A DNA stretch of 64,000 nucleotides from Ministeria vibrans ATCC 50519 (taxonomy: Eukaryota; Protista; Filasterea): NCBI GenBank assembly GCA_943704425.1, contig CALSCP010002431.1, forward strand, positions 1-64,000, written 5' to 3'. The position numbers were made by a program, and so were the translations under genes. Below the pieces are notes generated by a model. The model was given only the letters and a program-made list of their open reading frames with translations, searched no databases and was not told where the DNA came from. The first letter of the stretch is position 1. The number at the start of each line of letters is the position of its first letter. Positions 1 to 11,278 of this stretch are shown here, in pieces.

Positions 1-110
<110 letters not shown>

Positions 111-206
111 TTCACTTTTTCACTGTACTCGTATTCACTCTATTTTCATTTACCTGCGTCTCTCATTCTCTCTTTCATTCGCTCTCTTTTTGTCACCTCT
201 ACTCAG

Positions 207-410
207 TACATTGAGTTTGTGGCAGACCGTCTTCTGCTCTCACTGGGCTGTGACAAGCACTACAACGCGACAAACCCCTTTGGCTTTATGGAGCTTATTT
301 CCCTCCAGGGCAAGACAAACTTCTTTGAGAAGCGCGTGGCCGAGTACCAGAAGTCAGGTGTCATGACCGATAAGGCCGACCAGAAGTTTTCGTTGGATAT
401 GGACTTTTGA
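207..410 (+). CDS. RRM2: Ribonucleotide reductase small subunit, last exon (5' part outside window)
   Basis: After AG at 205-206 reads [10 protein letters not shown]...[27 protein letters not shown]...FSLDMDF*, the conserved R2 C-terminus. Confidence 0.95.
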   Translation, partial: YIEFVADRLLLSLGCDKHYNATNPFGFMELISLQGKTNFFEKRVAEYQKSGVMTDKADQKFSLDMDF

Positions 411-482
411 ATCATGCTTTATTTTTCAATACAGAATGTTTGCGTGTGTGTGTGTGGAAGGAAATAGAATTACATACGACAG

Positions 483-1217
483 TTACATGTAGCAGAAACG
501 AGCTGAGGGGTTGCGAAAGGCGTTTTGATGGACAACGCTGCGCGAGGAGGTGCGGCACTCAATGCGACAAAAGCCAAAGGAGTCGGAGACTGTGCGAAAG
601 ACGCGTCGATGGGCGCGCGTGAGGAGTTGGAGGACGAGGGAGCGCATAGAAGGGCGCAGACAGCAGGAGACGCACTCTTCGTAGGTGGGACAGCAGCCGG
701 TCTTGCTGTCACACCTTTGGCACGTGTATTGTTCACTCTGCGTGGGGTCGCAACAGCCCGAAGCGAGAAGAACATCAATCGGACAGAGAAAACCTGAAAA
801 TAACGTAGTAAATAATCGCTTTTTCTCTCAGCACTTACCTTTGTCGTCTGTGATGTGATCGGGTCCTTGCACAGTGTTACGACACTCAAGAGTCTGTAGC
901 GTGATGGAAGAGAGCAGCGTCATAAGAGAACGAGAGAGAGAGAGAGAAACGGAATTGACAGGCGGACGTACAAAGTTGGACAAGACTGATCGTTGCATGG
1001 CAGCCTTTACAATCTGCTGCTCTTTCGTCCGTATCCCATGCCAGGCTGACTCGGGTGGAGACAGCGGGCTCAAGTCGCCAAAGTGGAAGAAGGGGCGTTT
1101 GGACTGGGACTCGGGATGGAGTAAGCGCCACTCGCGATACTGCCCTATTCGGTGGACTACGTACAATAGGAAGCAAATGACAAGGGTGAATACGATCGGT
1201 TGGCGTCGTATTCTCAT
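483..1217 (-). CDS. SPRING1: SREBP-regulating protein SPRING1/C12orf49 (UPF0454) homolog, 3 exons; not captured in-frame by the ORF track
   Basis: N-terminal signal anchor, then after two GT-AG introns ECRNTVQGPDHITDDKGFLCPIDVLLASGCC...CCPTYEECVSCCL...FGFCRIECRTSSRSVVHQNAFRNPSARFCYM*, matching the Cys-rich C12orf49 pattern. Confidence 0.85.
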
Positions 1218-1271
1218 CAAATTTCAACAAAAAAGAGAGATAATGAGTAGATAATCTGATAATCTGTATTT

Positions 1272-3138
1272 TCAAGCACTCCACTCAGCGAAAAAGTCAT
1301 TGCCCTTATCATCAACCACAATGAATGCCGGAAAGTCCACCACGTCAACCTTCCACACGGCCTCCATTCCCTAAACAACAGAAGAAGAATTGATCAAAAT
1401 CAAAAAAAAACGAATCAGTTTCAAATCGGAATAATATATGTTATCTCCTTACCAGCTCAGGGTACTCTAGCACTTCGACCTTTTTGATGTTATCCTGGGC
1501 CAGAATTGCCGCAGGTCCACCGCTAAACCACAAAAAGAATGAATAAACAATAAACCCTCCATCCAATAGAGAGTCTTACATTGAGCCCAAGTAGAAGCCG
1601 CCGTGCTTCTGGCAGGCGCGCGTGACGGCCTTGGAACGGTTTCCTTTGGCAAGGGTGACCATTGAGCCGCCATTTTGCATAAAAACGTCGACGTACGAGT
1701 CCATACGACCCGCTGTCGTGGGCCCAAACGACCCGCTTGCGTACCCTTCGGGGGTCTTTGCGGGGCCCGCATAGTACACAATGTGGTCTTTGAGGTAGTC
1801 GGGCAGTGAGCCTGTGCGCGTGAGCCGTTCCAGCAGCGTCGCATGCGCAATGTCGCGCGCAACGACAATCGTACCAGTCAGCGAGAGCCGCGTGCGCACT
1901 GTCAGACGACTGAGCGTGGCGCGAATCGACTCCATAGGCTCATTCAGGTTGATCGACACCACATCCGTGCCCAGCGACTCTCCGCTGATATCCGGCATGT
2001 ATTGTGCGGGATCGCGCTCCAGCTGCTCCAGAAACACTCCGTCACGCGTGATCTTGGCGGTTGCTTGACGGTCCGCTGAGCAGCTCACCCCCAGTCCAAT
2101 GGGACACGACGCCCCGTGGCGTGGCAGCCGGATCACCCGCACGTCGTGGCAGAAGTACTTGCCACCAAACTGTGCGCCAATACCCAGCTCCTGGGTGTAC
2201 TGCTGCAGCTGTGCCTCGAGTGCCGTGTCGCGGAAGGCAGTGCCCTCGGCACTCCCACTCGTCGGGAGATTGTCCAGGTAGCGCGCTGACGCCAGCTTGA
2301 CCGTCTTGAGCGTCATTTCCGCTGACAAACCCCCCACGACAATTGCAAGATGGTATGGAGGACAGGCTGAGGTGCCAATCGTCTTGATTTGCGCGCCCAG
2401 AAACTCCAGAAGACTCTTTTCGTTGAGTACCGACTTGGTCTGCTGGTAGAGGAAGGTCTTGTTGGCCGAGCCGCCCCCCTTGGCCATGAACAGGAACTTG
2501 TAGGCGTCGCCGGGCGTCGCGTACAGCTCAATCTGCGCCGGCAAGTTCGTGCCCGTGTTCTTCTCCTGATACATGGTCAACGGTGCGTTTTGCGAGTAGC
2601 GCAGATTGCGCGTTGTGTACGTGTTGTAGACGCCGCGCGAGAGCGCCTCTTCGTCCGACGCATCGCCGTCCACCCACACGTTCTGGCCCTTCTTGCCCAG
2701 GACAATCGCCGTCCCGGTGTCCTGGCAACCGGGCAGAATTCCGCTCGCCGCAATGCACGCGTTTTTCAGCAGCTGCGTCGCGACGAAGCGGTCGTTCTTG
2801 GACGCCTCCGGGTCGTCGAGGATCTTCCTCAGTTGCGCGAGGTGGCCTGGGCGCAGCAGATGCGCAATGTCGGTCATGGCTTCGCTTGTGAGCGCCGTCA
2901 ACGCCTCAGGGCCGACGCGCAGAATCTCTCGGTCCCCAATCTTCTCCACCGACACAAATCGGCTCGCCTCCTCAAGGCGACGGTACGGCGTGGTGTCCTC
3001 GCCGACCATGGGAAACAGGTCGGTGTACTTGAAGGGTGGCGGGCTGGCGGGAGCGGCCGATGCGAGAGCGCTCGCATGAAGGGTTCGGGCGGGAGCCCCC
3101 ACCAGTCGTTGGCCCAGTTGGCTGATCCGCGAAAGCAT
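1272..3138 (-). CDS. Class I (Fe-S, FumA/FumB-type) fumarate hydratase with mitochondrial-type presequence, 3 exons
   Basis: Motifs [55 protein letters not shown]; spliced 3' exons give GGPAAILAQ...LGMEAVW...[15 protein letters not shown]; N-terminus [12 protein letters not shown]...ARTLH is Arg-rich and acid-free. Confidence 0.95.
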
Positions 3139-3313
3139 CCGAATGAAGTAGACAGACGGCAAAAAGACTAAAAGAATGGAGTCAGTCACTACTGTCACAG
3201 ACTACAGATTACAGAATTCAGATCACATAATCCGACTCAGACTTCAGACGTTCGGATGACATATGGCTCATCACATGAGAATAATTAAAACTATTATTTA
3301 TCACATTCTCGAG

Positions 3314-4806
3314 ATGAAATTGATTCTTGCACTTGCAGCGTGCATTGCGGCTGTGTCTGCTCTCAACTTTCGCCCCATCATTGGTAGGGGAGGTGTTGGC
3401 AATGAACTTTTCACATCTGACTCGCACTTAGGAATCATGACGGAGAAGTCGGGGGCGGACGGCGAGTACATTGCCGCTTCGTACATCAAGCACATCGAGG
3501 GCGCCGGCGGTCGCGCGGTGCCTATTCACTACAAACAGTCATTTGAGTGCGCTTCTGTTTTTTTTTTCCTTCTTCTTCTTTCCTCTTTCCTCACTCCTCC
3601 TCGTTCGCCCGCAGAGACCTCGACACGCTCTTTGACAGCATCAATGGGGTGCTTTTCCCAGGCGGCGGCATGGAGGCCAAGCCCGGCCAGACCTACTACG
3701 ACGCAACAAACGTAAACAAAGAACAACCACAGCACAACCCAAAACACATTTCTCTTCCCTTTTCAGCATATTTACAAGCGCGCCATTGCTGCGAACGACG
3801 CAGGAGACTACTTCCCGCTGTGGGGCACCTGTCTGGGCTTTCAGTTCCTGGCAGTAATGACGGCAGACGGCGAGGCGGTCCTCGAAAGTTGCGACAGCGA
3901 AAACTACACCATTCCCCTCAACTACACGGCCGACGCACAGCAGTCGCGCCTGCTCTCGGCGGTTCCGGCCGAAACCCGCGAGTGGATGCAAACCCTCCCC
4001 ATTACCATGAACAACCATCAGTCGTGTGTCCGCACCTCCGTAAGACAGACACAGACAGAGACAGAGAAACAGACAGACACAGACACAGACAGAGACAGAC
4101 AGACACAGACAGAGAGAGAGACAGAGAGAGAAAGGAGGGAGAAAGAAACAAAGTGATAGAGAGAGAGAGATACAAAGTGACGGAGAGAGTGTGTGTTTCT
4201 CATTCCGTGTCCCGCTTTTTTCTCAGAAATTTGCGTCCAATGAGAAACTCAATAGTTTCTACAATGTCATTTCAACCAATGTTGATCGTATTGGAAACGA
4301 ATTTGTCTCTACCTTTGAAGGTAAATACCAAACCCTATTGACAAACAAGCCTAACCCTAACGCCCCTTTAGCCAAGAAATACCCATTCTACGGAGTCCAA
4401 TGGCATCCCGAGAAAAACACTTATGAATGGACTCCCAAGGAAGTTATTCAACACACTTTTCCCGTAAGTCCAACACATCAAGCCATTCATAATCAAATAA
4501 CATCAACATTCATTTCACTCATAATATTTATTCTTATTCCTTTTTAGGCGGTAATGGCTCAACAGTCAATGGCAAACTTTTTTGTCAACGAAGGTTCAAA
4601 AAATCAAAAAAAAAAAAAAATCAAACAAAAAAAATCAAAACCACGCAAAGTTTTATTGATTGATTTTTATTGTAGCGCGAAAGAACTATCATAAGTTTGC
4701 GAGTGAAAAGACGGAAGAAACGACACTGATCTACTCGCAGGCAGACAAAGTGGTCTACACGGGCCCTCAGGGCTCCTCTTTCACTCAAGAATACATTTGG
4801 AATTGA
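3314..4806 (+). CDS. GGH: Gamma-glutamyl hydrolase (peptidase C26), multi-exon, signal peptide
   Basis: MKLILALAAC...RPIIG, YIAASY, NGVLFPGG, WGTCLGFQ (catalytic Cys), YGVQWHPEK (catalytic His); GT-AG introns join in frame. Confidence 0.93.
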
Positions 4807-6021
4807 AACAAACGTTTTTTATTGACCGATACTGATACATGGTAGTGTTTAGAAGAAAAAAAGAATACGTCCCGGTTCTTGTTGTTTGAATTGAATTGTT
4901 AATATATTTACGACAATAATAATTATTGATACTTCCACTGAACTTCACAAAAATTGTCGCTTTTCATTTGTTCTTCACTTTTTTCGTCACTTTTTTCTAC
5001 CACAACATTCCTTTCAGTTTTTCTACACAACCAAACGGTAAGTAGTAGAGGGTGAATAATTTTTTGTTCGTTTTGCACTGTTTGTGTTTTGTTTGTGCGA
5101 ACTTCTTTCGGCCGACTTTCTACTGTCTCTTCCCCCCCCCTCTTTATCACCTTGTGCTTCCTACCAGTATGTATAATTGGGTGTATGTTAACAGTCAGCA
5201 GCCGCAAAGGGAATTGTTGTTTGTTTGCAATTTCTCTCCATAACTTCAGTTGAGGAAAAGTTCGGGGAAAAATATCATTCTTTCAGACTTGGCAAAACAT
5301 ATGCGGCTTGAATCAATGGGCTCACAGCTGCTGTGCAAACCCAAATCCATGATAAAAGTCATCCGTGGAGGCCTGAAAGTGTTTGGATAATATTGTGGTT
5401 GGATGAACTTTTGGTCGAACTTTTAGAGAATTTTTTTGCTGTGGGTTTGTTTGTGGTTGAATTCGACATTTCTCGGTCCAACGAAGGAAATTTACACTCA
5501 CTGCGTATCAGGTGAAGAACTCCTTTGTAACTTTAGTCACCTTACAGTTTTACTTTGTCACGTGGGGGTTGGTTGGCAGCTGAACCTGCGAGGCATTGTG
5601 TTTGTGTTTGTGTTGTCGATTTGCTTACAAAACAAAGAGTAGCACAATGCGCAGCAAAATTGGAGTGTCTCAAAGAAGACCTCATACACGCACTAACAAA
5701 GTTATGATTGTTTGTTTGTGTTTTTGACAGACAGAATGGGATTTTGGAGCAAAGTTGGAAAAGGAATTGCGAAACGGGCCGTCAAGGTTCACCCGGTCGT
5801 CTGGGTGGCGGTGACAGTGGGTGAAGTTGCTATTATCGCCGCGACGGGTGGTGGAGCGGCTGCGATTGCTATTGCGATTGCCTTTTGACACAACTTGACC
5901 AAAAGAAAGTGAAAACAAACCAAACAATAACTCACACCCCTTTCGCGCGAGAACTAAGTAATCAGCAGAAAAAAGAAGAAAGGAAACAACAAAACCACTC
6001 TAGGTCTTGTTGGTGCTTTAC

Positions 6022-6360
6022 TTAAGAAAACAAGGTTGCGGTAGTTTGAGGAGGGGAATAAGGAGTAGAGTCAGCGTGGGTCGGAGCAGAGGTAGAGTGG
6101 GAAGGGACTGAAGTCGATGGAGTAGGGACTGAATGAGAGTGAGAAGAAGCAGAATCGGAGTGAGAAACAGTAGAGTCAGCAGTAGGGAGTGGGTTAGAGT
6201 GAGACGTGGTGGTGTCAGCAGTCGGGACTGAGTCTGAGTGAGAAGGGAGTGAATGTGCATCTGGTGTGTCAGTGGCGGGTGTTGGAGGGACAATGGCAAT
6301 GGTGGGCGAAGGCGCACGCGCGACTTGCGCTGACGACGGTGGTGCTGCTGGTAGTGGCGG

Positions 6361-6393
<33 letters not shown>

Positions 6394-6511
6394 GGTTGTT
6401 TTTGCGATGGGGGTGGTGGGGGTGGCGGTGGTGGTCACTGTCACTGTGTTCTCTTTGGGTGCGCGGGTGGGAATCCGATGCAGCAGCCCATAACCAATAT
6501 CACACCCCAAA
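6022..6511 (-). CDS. Low-complexity Ser/Thr/Pro/Ala-rich exon of an unknown gene; upstream exons not visible
   Basis: Acceptor-like CTTGTTTATAG at 6512-6522 on the minus strand followed by a 162-codon open frame. Confidence 0.4.
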
Positions 6512-6540
6512 CTATAAACAAGAAAGGTTACTCGTTTTCT

Positions 6541-6630
<90 letters not shown>

Positions 6631-6665
6631 ATTTTCGTTCCTCTTTCCCTTGCTCGCGATTTTAG

Positions 6666-8650
6666 GTACTCGATTGACGACGACAGCTGGTCGTTATTGC
6701 CCCAGTCACCCGTCGCCAATACTAAGACTGTCGAGGACCAGGACACTGCCGTTTACGCATGGGATTCCGTGTACGAAACCCCTACGCAAATTTTTCTTAT
6801 TTCCCTAACTTTTTATTTTATATACAGTACTACTGTGGGCGACAAGCTCTGCGTCATTACATTGCGGAATTGTCCCTTTTCTCGTATGGCCTGTCTTAAT
6901 CTTGTGGAGTGGATGCGTGCTGGGAAACCGTCGCACGGTCCATCGTGGTGGGCCGTCACGCCTGTCGAGTCACCTCCTTGTACTTTTACTGTAAGCCATG
7001 GCAACTTTCTGACGGGCCTTGCAGCTGCATCGCACTTCACCATTGTTCAGATTGGTATTCCACCAGGAGCGTTTACTATCACTCCCACGTGTGGGGTGGG
7101 CACTTTTTTTCAAGGAGGTTCAGCCGATTTCGCCAACACATCGTGTGTCCCTTGTCCCATTGGATCCTTCGCGTCAAAGTCGGGCGTCATTGCGTGCACC
7201 AGCTGCCCGGGCACCGTTGCTAGTACGCGAGCCGAGGGTGCCGTGAGCGCGCTTGAGTGTGTTGTGTGTAGCAACGACGTGGAGCAGTGCAATGGTCACG
7301 GGCACTGTGTGATTGCGGACGCTGTGTCGGGCGCTCATGAGTGCCTGTGCGACACAGGCTACTCGCGCCACGATGCATGTGCGCTCAATTATCTTGCGCT
7401 TGGCATTTGTGTTGCGCTTCTTATTGTATCTCTCGCTATTTTTCTTGTGTGGGTGGGTCGCAGGGCCGTTGAACGGTCCCGTGCTCGAACGGCGCTGCTC
7501 AACGCCAGAACACACGAAGTTGAAGTGCTCAAAAATGCATGGCGCATTGAATGGCAAGCACTGGAGATCCTCGAGCAGATTGGGTCGGGTGGGATGGGCT
7601 TGGTGTGGCACGCAAGATGGGGTGGTGATCGTGATGTTGCAGTCAAATGCCTTCTTATGCCCGACGATTCGTTCGCGCTGGATGATTTTGAGCGCGAAGC
7701 TGAAATTCTACGCAAGTTGCGTCACCCCAACATTGTGCTTCTCTTTGGCATTGGACAAACCGATGAAGAACTGCCATTTCTTGGTATACCTACAAAAAGA
7801 TTATGAGATTATTCTCATGTGTGTGTGTGTGTGTGTGTGTGTTTGATATAGTGATGGAGATCGTCGCTCACGGCTCACTGCGCAAAGTGCTCGACGATGA
7901 GCCAGACGCAGTCACCTGGCCCCGTCGCTGGCAGTGGGCGTGCGATGTTGCTCAGGGCATGGCATATTTGCATGGACATTCGCTGCTGCATCGGGATCTC
8001 AAGAGCCCAAATGTTCTCATTAGTGCCCGGTTCGTGTATGCATTTTCTCTTCCTTTTTTTTTGTGTGTGTGCACATTGCCTAAGTTGCTCTTTTTATGTG
8101 TAGGGCGAAAGTGACTGATTTTGGGTCTGGGCGACTGCTTGAGAAGCACAAAGAGAAAACCAAGAAGAAGAGTAGGAGAAGGGAGAGAAGGGAAGGAGCG
8201 GGAGCAGACGGAGCGTCTTCCGATGGAAACAATGAGATTACGCATCATTTGCTGTCGGATGTGACGGGTCCACTGCTGACCAAAAAAGGAGTTGGGTCGC
8301 TGCTATGGATGTCGCCGGAGTTGCTGTCGAACAATGCTGTGTATGGAAGGGCGACAGACGTCTATTCCTTTGCCATTGTGATGTATGAATTGCGCACGAC
8401 ACAACTGCCCTTTCCCGATCTGTGCGAATGGGACATTCCGCCTGCAGTGATGCGTGGTGAGCGTCCCCACCTCGAACCCTCTGATGATGCTGTTGACTTT
8501 GATGCGATCATGTGTCGTGCATGGCGGCACGAGCCACACGAGCGTCCTACGTAACAACACTCTAGACGTCTAGAGAAGGGTTTTTATAATAATAATTATC
8601 ATGTTTTTAGGTTTGATGAATTGGTGCTACTTCTCAGTGACAGGAGCTGA
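6666..8650 (+). CDS. Single-pass receptor TKL-group protein kinase with Cys-rich (GCC2/GCC3-like) and EGF-like ectodomain; 5' end missing
   Basis: CVPCPIGSF...CTSCP, CNGHGHC...CLCDTGY, TM segment, IGSGGMG, VAVK, HRDLKSPNVL, DFG, GSLLWMSPE, DVYSFAIV; ends TFDELVLLLSDRS*. Confidence 0.88.
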
Positions 8651-8707
8651 CGTCTGCCAAGAACGACGCATGTTCACGTTGTATAAATAATCATAATAAG
8701 TTGTATG

Positions 8708-8743
<36 letters not shown>

Positions 8744-8920
8744 AAATTAATTTTATTGTTATTATTATTATTATAATATTAATTATTATCAACGGCTCAA
8801 TTTCACGCTCAATTTTACTATTCAATTATTATTATTTATTAATTTGTGTCGTGCTACATTGACCTCTTCTATTCAGGTCTCTTCAGGGCAATTCGGTGCT
8901 GTTGCTACTCAGATTGACTC

Positions 8921-10818
8921 ATGTCGAATTTGACAAGCGTCAGAGTCGCTCGTTTTCCAGATGGTATCAATTCAACAGCCTCGCGCGCGGGGGGGCACAT
9001 ACACGTTGCATAGCCACCAAATACCAATCCCCAGCTTGATGCGTTTGTATGAATTTTGATGTTTTTTGGCAGGAAGTGACTTGTCTTCTGCCGTTGTCGT
9101 GACAACCGTCGACGAACGCCAGCCGACCGGGCCCCGCGTGAATGCCCGCGGTGAAATTGTGCCGCACTCTCTCTTGGGGAGTGTCGAAGAGTACGAAGCG
9201 ATGAACCGCTTGGTGAAAGGCCGCGGGAACGACGACATGGAAACCGACAACAACGACAGCAAATTCTCCTCCCAATTATATCATCATCCGCCTCTCTCCA
9301 ACACGTCGCTCCCTTCCTCGCCTCGTACCAGCCAACAGCGCCTCCATGCGCAGGTGACAGACAACTCCTTGGTGAACTGGGAGCGTCACAAGCAACAATG
9401 GAAGCGCCAACAACGCCATCTCTCGTCGATGCCCTCGCTCTCCAGCGACCAACACGGGCAACAACAAGGACAGCGTCAACTTGTGATGGATCGCACTAGT
9501 GGATTCCGCCACGTTGAATCAGGAGGCAGTCTGGTCTCGCCTGATTCGTTCTTTGCGCCTCCCTTGTCGTCACGACGACACCCCGAGCTGCACTTCTCGA
9601 CACCCGCCTCGCGTCACCAGACTGCTCAAGGGGGGAACATGGACACTGCCGGACTGGAGGTGCTCGGCCATGGCATTGCAAGTCGCGATCTCGAGCCCCC
9701 GGTATCTCCTACACCTCCGAGCAGCTACACAGGAGGTCCAGACGAGACCACCATCCATGACTCAGAGGCATCCGAATATCCATCGATGTCGCACCCTACC
9801 ACCACCACGCAGCCACACCAACTGGTTCTGTCGCACTCGCATCTTTTCTTTGACACCCCCATCGACACCCCGTGCACCCACACCCTGAAGCTTCACAACC
9901 CCAATCCCTACGCAGTCTATTTCCTCTGGCACACTCAACCGCCATCATCACCCCTGCTCCCCAACAACCCCAACAACTACCGTCACTCCTATCACCAACA
10001 CTTTTACTTTCCCACCAGCAACGGCATCATCCTCCCCGGCGACTCCGTTACCTTCTCTATCATCTTCAAATCCCCTTCCGCCGGCATCTTCACGACCACA
10101 TACTCCCTTCAAACATCCCCTCCTTCACCACCCTCACGGTATTCGTCGTCGTCTTCGTCTCTCTCGCTCTCCTTACGCGCCGTTGCCACCACGGACCCGT
10201 CCAGCGTCGCATCCGCATCGACTGCTCTTCTCACCACGCACGAGCGCGAAACAGTCTCTCACATGGTCCGCTCGCTCCTCACCAACATCATCCGTCGCAT
10301 TGACCTCCTCACCCCGCCACATCCATCCTTGTCTCTCCCTTCCCTTCCCTCCCTTCCTCCCCGCCCTCTCCGCTTCCACGCTGCCAACGCCTCCGCAAAT
10401 GCAGCCCATCTGGCTCTTCCACTCCACCACTACACCCCTGAGATCATAGTGGCCCTTGAGCGACTCGCACACGCCGCACACATTCCCCCCGACTGGTTCG
10501 CCTCTCCCTCTCTTTTTCGTCTCTACACTCACATCCGAGACTGCCCATCACCCCTCACGCGTGACCTTCATCTTCAACGCTTCTCCGTCCTTTTCACCCG
10601 TCTCATCACATCCCCTTCCACCACCTCCGCGTCTGTTCAGCCCAGCACGACGACACTCTGCCGCGCACTCGTGCGGCGTCTCGCCCGTGCCGTCTCCCTC
10701 TGCGCTCCCCCTCGCCTCTTTCCTGTCGTTCCTGTCGCCCCGCGTCAACGTGTCTCTCTTCCCGCACGCATCGTTGAGCGGCGTGAGAAACAGGCGGCTG
10801 CAGAGGCAGCGCTACGCG

Positions 10819-10858
<40 letters not shown>

Positions 10859-11189
10859 ACCAAAGCGAGGCCGATCCTCCCGCCCCACCAAAAAGGGTCC
10901 CCTCAGTCGCTCTTCAAGTGCCACCGGTCAAACGGCAGTGAGAAACAGCAACAGTGGAGGTCGCAAGGCCACAGTACGCAGTGTGCGTCAAGCCGAGAAG
11001 CCTCAGCCGGTCGTGGCTGAGCCTTTGTTTGCATCTCAAGCAGAGCGTGACGCGTTCATTCGAGCTGTAAGTATATAGAGGTGACGAGTTTGTGAGTTGT
11101 TTTTTTAAAATAATATGATCTTTGCGTCGTAGGTGCGAAAGGAGGTGTCCAAGACGATTGATGTTTACGTTGAGATGCTCTTCTCATAA
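8921..11189 (+). CDS. MYCBPAP: MYCBP-associated protein (MYCBPAP)-like, ciliary central-apparatus family
   Basis: GPRVNARGEIVPHSLLGSVEEY, LVNWERHKQQW..QQRHLS, LVMD, and Ig-like segment FYF...GIILPGD...F.IIFKSPSAGIF; short first and last exons via GT-AG introns. Confidence 0.7.
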
Positions 11190-11278
11190 CCGCACAAACA
11201 AACAAGAAAATAATTATACTATAGTCATAATCTCATTCAAAATTCAAATTATTTCTTCGCTGAGCTTGATCCCAAAAC

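Noticed and set aside
2389-3171. Long antisense ORFs over GC-rich genes (also 40901-41674, 46380-47267, 57775-58599)
   Set aside because: Shadow frames of real CDS on the opposite strand with no recognisable motifs
7550-8554. Receptor tyrosine kinase
   Set aside because: Catalytic loop is HRDLKSPN, Ser/Thr or TKL type
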